Source: Octopus sinensis
Taxonomy: Eukaryota
Direction of reading: 5' to 3'
NCBI RefSeq assembly: GCF_006345805.1
Contig: NC_043009.1
Location: 59,892,001-59,956,000, forward strand
Length of the DNA: 64,000 nt
A program made the translations under genes and the position numbers. Positions 1 through 13,175 of this stretch are shown here, piece by piece. The notes under the pieces were generated by a model. That model worked only from the letters and a program-made list of their open reading frames with translations. It was not told where the DNA came from and did not search any database. The number at the start of each line of letters is the position of its first letter. Position 1 is the first letter of the stretch.

Positions 1-346
1 CTAACCAACCACATGGTTCTGGGTTCAGTCCCACTGCGTGGCATCTTGGGCAAGTGTCTTCTGCTATAGCTCCGGGCCGACCAATGCCTTGTGAGTGGAT
101 TTGGTAGACGGAAACTGAAAGAAGCCTGTCGTATATATATATAAGTGTGTGTCTGTGTTTGTCCCCCTAGCATTGCTTGACAACCGATGCTGGTGTGTTT
201 ACGTCCCCGTCACTTAGCAGTTCGGCAAAAGAGACTGATAGAATAAGTACTGGGCTTACAAAGAATAAGTCCCGGGGTCGATTTGCTCGACTAAAGGTGG
301 TGCTCCAGCATGGCCGCAGTCAAATGACTGAAACAAGTAAAAGAGT
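1..346 (+). mobile_element. tRNA-derived SINE family A/B (head + internal microsatellite + tail), truncated by window start
   Basis: GGTTCAGTCC B-box-like motif, CTTGGGCAAGTGTC CORE-like block, (TA)/(TG) insert, tail ending AAGTAAAAGAG; shared with the copies listed below. Confidence 0.85.
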
Positions 347-869
347 ATAGCTCCTGCCTTCACACACCATGAGTGGGGTGGTTCTATGGTTGGCGCAAGC
401 AATTGTTGTTGTTGCTTTGCATAAAGTCAACCCTGACTGAGCGGGTCTATGATCAAAGACACTTCAGCTATGCTCCACCAACTACCTTTTAGGGGTAATG
501 TCTAGGATCACATTTATCAATATGTCCTTCCCTTTTATAAGACAGTAGAGTATGACTTGAGGGAGATTTTGCTGCTGTGTATATCTAATAGTTTGAATGA
601 CCACATAGAAGCTCCTTCATTGGAGAAACTGTTTGTAAAGCTGGAGGGACCTCCTTCACTGTTAACCCTCTCAACTCTGAAAGAGAATTAATTGAACAAA
701 ATGCCCCCAAAAGCTGAAGTTAGATTTATATTGTTGTTTTATGTGTAGTGGAGAATAATTCTTGCTTATGAAGACTATGATAAAAGTAATGTGAAACTAA
801 GGCTGGGAATTGTAAGTGTAATAGTAAAAGCTGGAAATTCTGTCGTCTTTATTTTGACAAATTCTCTGT

Positions 870-1200
870 GTGGAGATGAAGTTTTCTGTTCAAACATGCA
901 AGTGGCTCAGCACTCCACAGACACGTGTACCCTTGACGTGGTTCTCAAGGAGATTCAGCGTGACACAGAGTGTGACAAGGCTGGCCCTTTGAAATTCAGG
1001 TACAACAGAAACAGGAAGACAGAGAGAAAGTTGTGGTGAAAGAGTACAGCAGGATTTAACCCCCTCCCCCATCCCCTGCCAGAGCTTCATGGAACTTTAG
1101 GTGTTTTCGCTCAATAAACACTCACAACGCCCAGTCTGGGTATCGAAACCGTGATTCTACGGCCGCGAGTCCACTGCCCTAAACACTGGGCCATTCCACA
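870..1200 (-). mobile_element. SINE family E, diverged/partial copy
   Basis: Homologous to 22000-22383 (AAGTGGCTCAGCACTCCACAGACACGTGTACCC...CACTGGGCCATT). Confidence 0.8.
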
Positions 1201-1418
1201 CAAGTGTAGAACAATGTTATGAATAAAGTTTCCAAGGTAATGCATACCTTAGTGTAGATTCATTTAATACTTAACCCTTGCAGACAGATTTAGAACTCAC
1301 AGTCTTTGTGGTGTTCTGGTACATAATTTTTCACACAAGGAATTTTACAGTGAAGTAACAGATCCTCCTTAGTGTGGTATATTTGAAAATACGGTGCCAT
1401 ACAGAGTGAGACATCGCG

Positions 1419-1460
<42 letters not shown>

Positions 1461-1745
1461 GTTTCAATGTCAGTACCACTTCATGTCTGCAAGGCGTTAA
1501 ATTACATTTCTAAAAATCCTCAGTGCATCTAGATCAGCAGTTCTCATCCAGGCCCTCATGTTGCTCTCATGTATCATTCCAATGGTGATCTTTCTACAAA
1601 TATAATAAATGTTTCATTAATTCACCTGTATTTCATTTTCTTTGTGTGACCCCCTAAAAACGATCCAGGTTTTGGATTTGGTCCAGATATTAGAATGGTT
1701 GAGGGCTACAGATCCAGATATTCTTATCAACACAATATTTGAGAA

Positions 1746-1759
<14 letters not shown>

Positions 1760-1778
<19 letters not shown>

Positions 1779-2278
1779 CGCAAAATGTCTGTCTGTCTGT
1801 GTGTGTATCTTTTATACAAATCCACAATTTTTCAGTTAGAGGGCTCGCACTTTCTATGGTCATTCAAAACTGTCCAAGGGTGGTCGTGCACATCTTTACA
1901 TTTCCCCAGTCACCCCACAAAGCCATTAAAAAATCAATAGAAGTGACTTTTTTGTGAATTTTCTATCCAAAACCCAATCAAAATGCCCGAAACTTGATAC
2001 GCCAATTGAATGCCAGCTAGCTGTATGTGATTGGTCGGAGATTTGGACAGTATTCGCGTGTATATGTGCATGCACGCAGCTGTATATGCATGCACTAGCA
2101 CTATGACCCTGAGTCAGAGATGTTGATAGTAGAGTTGGAGTTGAAGTTTTTTGTTTTGACTGCACAGAAGAACATTATAGGGTAGGTGTGAGAGGCTGGA
2201 CCTGACTAGCTTGAACATAAAACAAGGAGACTATTTGAAAAGAAAAAGGATCCTATTATTGCCGGGTCATAGTGCTAG
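1760..2278 (+). mobile_element. Putative non-autonomous Helitron-like element
   Basis: 5' TCTATATATA...TGTCTGTCTGTGTG start; 3' end GCCGGGTCATAGTGCTAG|T resembles the end of the 29983-30379 Helitron. The 5' limit is ambiguous inside (TC)n. Confidence 0.5.
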
Positions 2279-2510
2279 TCATTGATATTTACCATCTCAT
2301 CCACTCGAACAAGAATGGAAAAATGGTTGTAAAAATATAAACCCCCAAGAAAAAGAACTTTGGAGAAGCTTGTATAATTACTGTAGATATAAGTAGGGGA
2401 CATAGATGTCTACAAGAACTGTAGAGAACCACTACAATACAACAACAATAATACTGGAATAACTGTCTTGTAAATTCTATTTCCAGGTGAAGTTTAACAA
2501 ACATGGCATC

Positions 2511-2699
2511 ATGATGAATGATGAAGAATCAGATGCAGTCTCTGCATCAATCCTTGACGATGATGAAGAGGAGATATTTGAAGTTAATCATGACAAACCA
2601 ATCCTACCTTTAAGACAAAGTGGGAACCGAGCCACACAATGGACATGGTGTGGAAAATTCCTCAAGTCTGTTGGACTATCAGCGTCTTTTTTAGCTCTC
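2511..2699 (+). CDS. MFSD4B: MFS transporter, MFSD4B/NaGLT1-like, coding exon 1 (MMNDEESD...SASFLAL)
   Basis: Acceptor TTCCAG at 2481-2486 precedes the exon (5'UTR part 2487-2510). ATG at 2511 (alternative 2514), acidic N-terminus then first TM segment. Donor GTAAGT at 2700, phase 0, in frame with exon 2. Confidence 0.8.
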
Positions 2700-4619
2700 G
2701 TAAGTTTTGTGGCATTTTTATGTTGTCTTTCCCCACGCCCCATTTTTTATTCTCTTTTTTTTTTAAATGTTTGCAGTGGTAGAGCAGTAGGCTAGATACC
2801 TTGTAGTGTTTAGTTTTCTTCCTGTGTTCCCTTACAATCTCTCCTGTGCTCATAAAGATGAGTTGGATTGATATAATTGTCTGTATTCCTCCTCAAAAAT
2901 CTTGTGAATTCACGCTCTCATTAGAAATTCTAATTAGCATTGCTAATGTTATAAATTGTTAATAAACTCTATGGAAGTTCTGTCAGCTTGGTCGACACAT
3001 GAAAGGAAGAGAAAGGTGATGAAAGGAAGAGACAGATTCAAGCCCTTTTTTTTTTCTTTTGTGGACTGAGAGGCTGGTTTATTAGAGACTCCCTCTACAC
3101 TTTTTTTTTTTGACCAGGAGGAGGTAGTGAGGTTATAGAGCCTTGCTTTGGTTGAGAGCAAATAATATAAATTTTGACCTATTGTAAAAAAGTGTGTGCA
3201 GAGCAACGAAACCATTTTGCACTTAATTTGTTCATTGTCAAAGCATTCTTTACTGAGATCTGGAGTTATGTAAACACATCTGCTGTCATGTGTTGGACAG
3301 ATCCAGTTTTTGGCAATGTCTTTTGTGAAAGTCATCCTGTCACTTTCCTTTGGTGTCCAGAGGGTTAGTGTTTTTCTGTCTGATGACTATAGCCAGGGCT
3401 GTGGAGTCGGAGTAGAGTCTGAAACAATTAAGGGATAGTTGGATACCAATTCCGACTAGCTTTATTCTTTAATATAAACCAGTTATAACATATAGGCCTA
3501 CTCAAAGTACAAACGTATGCATATGCTTTATGAGTTATATAGACCACAATCACTTAATTACATAAAGAGGAGTCAGTCAGAGATGTTGATAGTAGAGTTG
3601 GAGTTTTTTGTTTTGACTGCACAGAAGAACATTATAGGGTAGGTGTGAGAGGCTGGACCTGACTAGTTTGAACATAAGACAGGGAGAATATTTGAAAAGA
3701 AAAAGAAAAAGGATCCTATTATTTAAGATACAGTTTGCTAATGTTATTCAAGTAAAAAGCATTGGTGTGGGTGCTGGAGCCCTGTAAAAAGTACCCAGTA
3801 CACCCTGTAAAGTAATTGGGGTTAGGAAGGGCATCCAGCTGCAGAAACCATGCCCAAACAGACTGTGGAACTTGGTGTGGCCCTTGGCCTTGCTAGATCC
3901 CGTCAAGTTATCCAACCCATGTCAGCATGGAAAATGGACGTAAAATGTTGATGGTGATGATGTGAGAGATCCTCGGAGATTGTGAGTTGTAGCAACATTG
4001 GGTGTTTTGATTTTGTGCCGTCCCAAACAGGAGAGGGTGAGGAGCAAGATTATTTTGTTGTTGTCTTTAGTGATTATGACTTTGGGTTGATGGAAGAGTT
4101 TAATGTCAAGGGGCCGTATTGGGTGGGGTGGGGATGTCTTCTGAGTTGTTGGTTATGGTGGTCATGCAGGAATTAGTGAAGATGTATGGATTAACATGTG
4201 GGATGATGTAAGAGATGTTTGGGTTAACATGTGGAGTGATGTAAGAGATGTTTAGGCTAACATGTGGGGTAATGTCTAAGTGTGTATGGAAGATCACGGA
4301 GATGGGAAGAGTGGTGTCATTTGCATAGAGTTTTTTCTTTTTACTTTTTTCAGTCCTTTGATTGTAGACATGCTGGGGTACCACCTTGAAGGGTTTAGCC
4401 GAACAAATCGACCCGAGGACTTTTTTTTAAAGCCTAATATTTATTCTATTGATCTTTTGCCGAAACATTAAATTATCGGGACGTAAACACACCAACACCA
4501 GTTGCCAAGTAGTGGTGGGGGAAAGCAAGCAGTTGATTGATGTGCAGATGGGAGAGGGTGAGAACAGGACTGTATTTGGATAAATCAAATTTTTATTTCT
4601 TGGAAATTGTAGTTGTGAT

Positions 4620-4925
4620 ACCTGTGCCTGTTGCACATTAAAAGCACCATCCGTATGTGGCTGATGCTAGCGCCGCCTTACTGGCACTTGTGTCGGTGGC
4701 GTATAAAAAGCACCAACTGATCATGGCCATTGCCAGCCTCCCCTGGCACGTAAAAAGCACCCACTACACTCACGGAGTGGTTGGCGTTAGGAAAGGCATC
4801 CAGCTGTAGAAACACTGCCAGATCAGACTGGAGCCTGGTGCAGCCTCCTGGCTTCCCAGACCCCAGTTGAACCGTCCAACCCATGCTAGCATGGAAAACG
4901 GACGTTAAACGATGCTGATGATTAT
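4620..4925 (+). mobile_element. SINE family D ((GAT)n-tailed)
   Basis: TGGTTGGCGTTAGGAAaGGCATCCAGC...CCCATGCTAGCATGGAAAACGGACGTTAAACGATG tail. Further copies at ~3790-3960, 7835-7968, 9775-9970, 10135-10507, 10905-11168 (+) and 18490-18627 (-). Confidence 0.85.
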
Positions 4926-5179
4926 TGCCCACAGGGGGCTAAACATAGAGGGGATAAACAAGGACAGACAAAGGGATTAAGTCAATTACATCGACCCCAG
5001 TGCATAACTGGTTCAAATTGAAGGTATGTGAATGAAGGAGAAGTTGGTCAGTACTTGCTGTAACTGTGTGACTTGACAGGAAATAAATACATTTAAAACA
5101 TATATATAATCAAATCATAAAATCAAATCAAAAAATCAAACAAAATCAAAATAGATGAACATCAATGGAATTTGTATCT

Positions 5180-5810
5180 TTGTGGCACCAGTGCCGGTGG
5201 CACACGAGAAAACCATCCGAACGTGGCCGTAGCCAGTGCCGCGCTGACTGGCCTCCATGCTGTGGGCACGTAACAATCACCATCCGATCGTGGCCGATCG
5301 CCAGCCTCATCTGGCTCCTGTGTCGGTGGCACATAAAAAACACCATCCGAGTGTGGTCGTCTGCTAGCCTTGTCTGGCACCTGTGTCGGTGGCACATAAA
5401 AACACCATCCGAGCGTGGCTGTTCGCCAGCCTCGTCTGGCACCTGTGTCGGTGGCACATAAAAACACCATCCGAGCGTGGCCGTTCGCCAGCCTCGTCTG
5501 GCACCTGTGTCGGTGGCACATAAAAATACCATCCGAGCGTGGCCGTTCGCCAGCCTCGTCTGGCACCTGTGTCGGTGGCACATAAAAACACCATCTGAGC
5601 GTGGCCGTTCGCCAGCCTTGTCTGGCACCTGTGTCGGTGGCACATAAAATCACCCACTACACTCTCGGAGTGGTTGGCGTTAGGAAGGGCATCCAGCTGT
5701 AGAAACACTGCCAGATCTGACTGGCCTGGTGCAGCCTTCGGGCTCCCCAGACCCCAGTTGAACCGTCCAACCCATGCTAGCATGGAAAGCGGACGTTAAA
5801 TGATGATGAT
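5180..5810 (+). mobile_element. SINE family D with internal 62-bp tandem expansion
   Basis: Units begin at 5278, 5341, 5403, 5465, 5527, 5589, followed by the family D body and (GAT)n tail. Confidence 0.88.
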
Positions 5811-5996
5811 GCAGCCTAGTTACAAGGTTTTCATGTTAGATTTATTTGAAGAATTTGCTTAAATTAAGCGCGACAATCATTGTTTCCAGGTCACCACTGG
5901 TCAGTCACGTGGGTGAACAAGTCTCTGGTATGTCTTTAGAGGCCATACTGCTGTTTACTGAGAATGGAGAGAGACAGACAGACACCAAATGCAATT

Positions 5997-6162
5997 AGGA
6001 GTGGCTGTGTGGTAAGTAGCTTGCTTACCAACCACATGGTTCCGGGTTCAGTCCCACTGTGTGGAATCTTGGGCAAGTGTCTTCTACTATAGCCTCGGGC
6101 CGACCAAAACCTTGTGAGTGGATTTGGTAGACGGAAACTGAAAGAAGCCTGTCGTACATATG

Positions 6163-6203
<41 letters not shown>

Positions 6204-6404
6204 CTGTGTTTGTCCTCCTAGCATTGCTTGACAACCAATGCTGGTGTGTTTACGTCCCCGTCACTTAGCGGTTCGGCAAAAAAGACCGATAGAATAAATA
6301 CTAGGCTTACAAAAAATAAGTCCCGGGGTCGATTTGCTCGACTAAAGGCGGTGCTCCAGCATGGCCGCAGTCAAATGACTGAAACAAGTAAAAGAGTAAA
6401 AGAG
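5997..6404 (+). mobile_element. SINE family A/B, full length
   Basis: A-box TGGCTGTGTGG, B-box GGTTCAGTCC, internal (TA)n(TG)n, (GTAAAAGA)n tail. Confidence 0.9.
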
Positions 6405-6729
6405 AGAGAGAGAGCTAGACGATTGTTGACAGTTGCTTTCATCAAGTATGACACGTTGGAAGTTAGCAGGGTCAGAGAGGTTGCTTTCATTTGAAGAACA
6501 GGAAAGAACATTGCAAGTTTGTATAGCACAATGATGGCAGGGTACTATTTGCAGGGTTATGGAAAGAAGATTGTCAGGAAAGTGACCCAGGAGGGGGATT
6601 TCACTATGGTATGTTTCTGAAGATTTTGATACATTTGTGTGGAGAAGCAGAGAAAGCAATATTGAATCGTTTGAGGAGAGACAGAAGTAGCTCCATAGCT
6701 GACTGTTTAGTGACAATAGTGAGGGGAAG

Positions 6730-7110
6730 GGAAGCACTCCGTCGGTTACGACGACGAGGGTTCCGGTTGATCCGATCAACAGAACAGCCTGCTTGTGAAA
6801 TTAACGTGTGAGTGGCTGAGCACTCCCCAGATACGTGTACCCTTAACGTAGTTCTCGGGGATATTCAGCGTGACACAGAGAGTGTCAAGGCCGGCCCTTT
6901 GAAATACAGGTACAACAGAAACAGGAAGTAAGAGTGAGAGAAAGTTGTGGTGAAAGAGTACAGCAGCGATCACCACCATCCCTGCCGGAGCCTCGTGGAG
7001 CTTTTAGGTGTGTTCGCTCAATAAACACTCACAACGCCCGGTCTGGGAATCGAAACCACGATCCTACGACCGCGAGTCCACTGCCCTAACCACTGGGCCA
7101 TTGCGCCTCC
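6730..7110 (-). mobile_element. SINE family E, full length
   Basis: Minus-strand head GGAGGCGCAATGGCCCAGTGG...GGTTTCGATTCC; 11-bp direct repeat AGTGACAATAG at 6709-6719 and 7111-7121 (probable TSD). Confidence 0.9.
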
Positions 7111-7967
7111 AGTGACAATAGGCAGAAGCTGTGGAGTTGGCTTTTTGGGGATGATAAGGACTAGATGCAGAGAGTGCTGGTGAGAGTAAGAACCATGAAG
7201 TCTGTTGAAAATGGAAATTGAACATTTAAAAAAACCACCAAAATCTATTTATTTACAATTTAGAGTTATCTTTCGTTTTTGGATTAGGTTTGCAAGATTC
7301 TTTATATGAGTTCGTGTGTTGAAGCATATTCTGTTGTGTCTGGGGAGAGTCATTTTCTTTTTGTGCCTTATAATGTAACACACTCACCCGTAAAATTTCC
7401 GCTTATTTCTTACTTTTATTTTCCTAAAATTTTCGTTTTATTCTTCTCTTGATCCACTGCTCTCAGTGTTTACTTCCAGTTTTGGAATGTTCTCAGGAAA
7501 AGTGCACAATTCTTATCATGAATTTTCTCCAGTTTTTTTTCTATTCTCTGAAATCAGTGACCTTCCAGAGTGAATTTTACTTTTGGGAAGAGAGACAAAA
7601 GAGAAAAGAAAAAGGCTGTAGTTACCAAATTCACAGAGTAAGGCAGCTGGGGGTTGAGAGTCATCTTATGTTTTACCAAACAGTTTGCAGATAAAGAGTG
7701 ACGTATGAGTAATGATTGTCTTTGCACCGCACCCAAGTTTTTTTTTTTTGTGTCTGTGCTTCAGGCCTCTTCACACTGTCTCTCATAAAAGTTTCAAATT
7801 TTGGCACAAGGCCAGAAATTTTAGGGGAAGGAGTGGTTGGCATTAGGGAGGGCATCCAGCTGCAGAAACTCTGCCTGGAGTCTGGTGCAGCCAACTGGTT
7901 TGCCAGACCTCAGTCAAGTCGTCCAACCCATGCTAGCATGGAAAGCGGACGTTAAATGATGGTGATG

Positions 7968-9520
7968 ATATATATATGTAAAGTATGTATATATTAGTGT
8001 ATATATATCATGTGTGTGTGTGTATATATATATTAATATATAATGTGGTGTGTGGTATATATATTATATATATATATATATATGTGTTATATGTATGTAT
8101 ATATATATATAGTATAATGTGGATATATTATATATATAATATATATATGTAGTATATATATATATATATAATGTGTATATATATATATTATATATATGTA
8201 TATATGGTATATGTATATATGTGTATATATATATATGTTATATATATATATGTATATATGTATATATATATGATATATATATATAGGTGTATATATATAT
8301 AATATATGGTATTATATATATGTGTATATATATATATGTGTATATATATATATGTGTATATAAATGTAATATGTGTATATATCTATATATATGTGTATAT
8401 ATATATATATATGTGTATTATATCTATGGATATATGTGTTATATTATATATTATATATCGTGTATATATATATATATATGGTACTATATATATATGTGTA
8501 TATATAGATATGTGTTATATATATATATATATATAGATGTATATATATATATGTATATATTATATATAATGTGTATATATATATATATGTGTATATATAT
8601 ATATGTGATATATATATAGGTGTATATATATATGTAATATATATGTGTAATATTATATAGGTGTATATATATATATGTGTATATATATATATGTGTATAT
8701 ATATATGTGTAGTTATATATGTATATATATATATGTGTATATATGTGTTAGATATATATATGGTTATATATATATGGTGTATAATATATATATGTGTATG
8801 TTTATATATATATAGATATATATGTGTTATATTATATATATGTGTATATATATGTGTATATATATATATGGTATATATATATATATATATATGTGTCATA
8901 TATATATAATGTGGTGGTATATATATGTGTGTGTTATATATATATGTGTTATATATATAATTGTCATTCATATAATATAAATATATATATACACACACAT
9001 ATATGTACACATATATATTATATATATGTGTATATATAATGTATATATTAAATTATTATATATATATGTGTGTGTGTGTATATATATGTGTGTGTATATA
9101 TATATTGTGTATATATATATGGTTGTAATATATATATGTGTATATATATATGTGTAATATATATATGTGTATATATATATATGTGTAGATATATATATGT
9201 GTGTATATATATATAGTGTATATATATATATGTGTATATATATATATGTGATATATATATATATGTGTATATATATATATGTGTATATATATATCTGTGT
9301 ATATATATATGGTGTATATATATATTGTGTCTATATATATGTGTATATAATAGGGGTATATATATAATGTGTATATATATATATGTGTTATATATATGTG
9401 GTATATCTCTGTGTATATATATATGTGTATGTATATATATATATATGTGTGTGTATATATATATAGATGTGTGTGTGTACTTATATATATTATATATGTG
9501 TATATATATATAGATATATA

Positions 9521-9553
<33 letters not shown>

Positions 9554-9590
9554 TTATATTATATAGATTTATATTATATTTATATTTATT
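7968..9590. repeat. Degenerate (TA)/(TG) microsatellite field, ~1.6 kb, in intron 1
   Basis: Continuous TATATG-type low-complexity sequence; the source of the spurious YIYI ORFs. Confidence 0.95.
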
Positions 9591-9716
9591 TATTTGAAAA
9601 TATTCAAGTGAAAAAATTTTCAGATTTTTTTCTCTTATGAGGTTTTTCACGCTAACTACCTGATAATTTCTTGTTATGATTTCTTATTAAGATTTTATCC
9701 TTAATTGTTAAATTTA

Positions 9717-9747
<31 letters not shown>

Positions 9748-10559
9748 ATGTATGTATATAGCGAGGTCGTTGCAAGTACCGCCGGACTGGCCCCTGTGCT
9801 GGTGGCACGTAAAAGCACCCACTACACTCTCGGAGTGGTTGGCACGAGGAAGGGCATCCAGCTGTAGAAACTCTGCCAGATCAGATTGGAGTCTGGTGCA
9901 GCCATCTGGTTCGCATCCAACCCATGCTAGCATGGAAAGCGGACGTTAAATGACGATAATGATGATGATGATTAACATGTTAGTTTGAAAAGTTTGCATT
10001 ACAGCTACATTTTTATGGGTTCAGTCCCACTGATTAAAAAAACCCTTTGTAGAAATGAGAGAAACCAGAAAAACACATTTAACATATAAATTTTGGTTAA
10101 TGAGCTTCCAATTATTGTTTGTAGTTGTGATACCTGTGCCGGTGGCACATAAAAAGCACCATCTCAGCGTGGCTGATGCCAGCGCCGCCTTGACTGGCTT
10201 CTGTGCCGGTGGCACGTTAAAAGCACTATCCGAACGTGGTCGATGCCAGCGCCGCCTTGACTGTCTTCCGTGCTTGTAGCACGTTAAAAGCACCAACCAA
10301 TTGTGGCCACTGCCAGACTCCCCTGGCATGTAAAAAGCACCCACTAGACTCACGGAGTGGTTGGCGTTAGGAAGGGCATCCAGCTGTAGAAACACTACCA
10401 GATCAGACTGGAGCCTGGTGCAGCCTCCTGGCTTCCCAGACCCCGGTCGAACCGTCCAACCCGTTCTAGCGCGGAAAACAGACGTTAAACGATGATGATG
10501 ATGATGATTATTAATTTCTGTTTCTGTTTTTTTTTGTTTTTTTTACCTTGTATCTGTAG

Positions 10560-10845
10560 GGACTTTGTTTGGCCGTACCCGGGGTGACATTACTGGACTT
10601 GAAAGAACGGGTAGGCACCACCACCGAGTACATCTCCTACATTTTCACGGCACGCTCAGTGGGATACCTGCTTGGTTCCATTCTGGGTGGATTTCTATTT
10701 GACCATTTTGACCAGCAGTTACAACTCTCTTACACCCTCCTCCTCACTTCTGTGGCCACCATCACAGCCCCATGGTGCACTTCTCTTGTTGTTCTGGCTG
10801 TCATGATTTCCTTCCAAGGAATTGCAATGGGAGTTCTGGACACAG
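10560..10845 (+). CDS. MFSD4B: MFSD4B-like coding exon 2 (GLCLAVPGVTLLDLKERV...GIAMGVLDTG)
   Basis: Polypyrimidine tract plus TGTAG acceptor (AG 10558-10559); donor GTGAGT at 10846, phase 1. The peptide matches the MFSD4 N-terminal pattern GLxxAxxGxTLLDL...GYLxGSxxGGFLFD...GxLDTG (recognised from memory). Confidence 0.9.
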
Positions 10846-11454
10846 GTGAGTTAACATACTTCTTTCATTACTAACCTATATTTTTTTTTGTGAATTTATT
10901 GGTAGTGCCGGTGGCACGTAAAATGCACCATCCGATCATGGCTGTTTGCCAGCCTCGTCTGGCACCTGTGCCGGTGGCACATAAAAAGCACCCACTACAC
11001 TTATGGAGTGGTTGGCGTTAGGAAGGGCATCCAGCCGTAGAAACATTGCCAGATCAGATTGGGCCTGGTGCATCCTTCTGGCTTCCCAGACCCCAGTTGA
11101 ACCGTCCAACCCATGCTAGCATGGATAGCGGACGCTAAACGAAGATGATGAAGATGAAGATGATGATCATGGGCATTCTGTCTGGCATGCTAATGATTCT
11201 GCCAGCTTGCTGCCTTTCGTTTCAGATTTTGGCTCAGGTCCAGTTGTTCCAGAGGAGTGGGGCAAATCGAATATGTTGACCCCCCAATGTTCAACTGGTG
11301 CTTATCTTAGCAACTGCAAAAGGATGAAAGGCAAAGTCAACCTCTGGCATTTGAACCCAGGATGTAAAATGTTTGAAGAGATGCCTCTAAGTATTTTGTC
11401 CAGTGCACAAACAATTCTGTCAGCACCCAGCCCTTAGTTTTAATAATCTTTTCT

Positions 11455-12185
11455 ACTATAGGCACAAGGTCTGAAATTTTGGGAAAGGAGGCCACTTGAT
11501 TAGATTGGCCCTGAAAGGATGAAAGGCAAAGTCAACCTCAGCGGAATTTGAACTCAGAACGTAACGGCAGATGAAATACCTATTTATTTCTTTACTACCC
11601 ACAAGGGGCTAAACACAGAGAAGACAAACAAGGACAGACAAATGGATTAAGCAGATTACATCGACCCCAGGGCATAACTGGTACTTAATTTATCGACCCC
11701 AAAAGGTTGAAAGGCAAAGTTGACCTCGGCGGAATTTGAACTCAGAACGTAGCAACAGAATAAATACCTATTTCTTTACTACCCACAAGGGGCTAAACAC
11801 AGAGAGGACAAACAAGGACAGACAAACGGATTAAGCCGATTACGTCGACCCCAGTGCATAACTGGTACTTAATTTATCGACCCCAAAAGGTTGAAAGGCA
11901 AAGTTGACCTCGGCGGAATTTGAACTCAGAATGTAAAGACAGAGGAAATACCTATTTCTTTACTACCCACAAGGGGCTAAACACAGAGAGGACAAACAAG
12001 GACAGGCAAACGGATTAAGTCAGTTACATCAACCCCAGTGCATAACTGGTACTTAATTTATCGACCCCAAAAGGATGAAAGGCAAAGTCGACCTCGGCGG
12101 AATTTGAACTCAGAACGTAACGACATATGAAATACAGCTACGCGTTTCGCCCGGCGTGATAACGTTTCTGCCAGCTTGCCATCCT
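11455..12185 (-). mobile_element. SINE family C, tandem concatemer (~3 body units)
   Basis: Repeated ~185-bp body (GCCTTTCATCCTTTCGGGGTCGATAAATTAAGTACCAG on the minus strand, resembling a Meta-type SINE central domain from memory) with one tRNA-like head. Confidence 0.85.
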
Positions 12186-12884
12186 TGTTTTTAATAATCC
12201 TTGCTTACTATAGGTACAAGGCCTGAAATTTTGTAGGGGTAAGGATAGTTGATGAAAGGCAAAGTTGACCACGGCTGAATTTGAATCCAGGATGTAAAGA
12301 ACCCAGAATAAATACTGCCAGGCGTTTTATTTGACCTGCTAATGATACTGCCAGCTTACAGTCTTTGTTTTTAATTTTTTTTTTTTTTTTTTTTGTACTT
12401 GTTTCAGTCATTTGACTGCGGCCATGCTGGAGCACCGCCTTTAGAGTGGTGAAAGAGTACAGCAGGGATCACCACCTCCTGCCGGAGCCTCGTGGAGCTT
12501 TTAGGTGTTTTTCGCTCAATAAACACACACAACGCCCGGTCTGGGAATCGAAACCGCGATCCTCCGACCGCAAGTCTGCTGCCCTAACCACTAGGCCATT
12601 GCGCCTCCACAATAATATTATTAATAATAATAATAAAAATAATAATCCTTTCTACTACAGGCACAAAGCCTGAAATTTTGGGGGAGAGTGCTAGTCAATT
12701 TAAACGGCCCCAGTGCAAAACTGGTGCATATTTCATCGACCTCAAAAGAATGAAAAGCAAAGTCAACCATGACGAAATTTGAAATTAGAACATGTGGAGA
12801 AAGAGCCATTAAGCAGTGTGTCTGGCATGCTAACCATTCTGCCAGCTGACCACCTTTTAATAATAACAATAATAATTCCTTTAG

Positions 12885-13122
12885 CTCTTTTACTCTTTAC
12901 TCTTGTTTCTGTCATTTGACTGCGGCCATGCTGGAGCACTGCCTTTTAGTCGAGCAAATTGTTCCTCGGGACTTATTCTTTGTAAGCCTAGTACTGATTC
13001 TATCGGTCTCTTTTGCCGAACCGGTAAGTTACGGAGACGTAAACACACCAGCATCGGTTGTCAAGCGATGTTGGTGGGACAAGCACAGACACACAAACAC
13101 ACACACACACACATACACACAC

Positions 13123-13175
<53 letters not shown>

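Noticed and set aside
4190-4280. 33-bp tandem repeat (~2.5 copies)
   Set aside because: Real but ordinary short local duplication with no further signal.
5146-5783. 160-aa repetitive ORFs on the minus strand
   Set aside because: Products of the 62-bp tandem repeat inside a SINE.
8287-9650. Numerous YIYI/CVCV/HTHT ORFs here and at 13.5, 25.7, 33.3, 50.0 and 57.3 kb
   Set aside because: Translations of microsatellites, open in multiple frames on both strands, with no splice context or domain.
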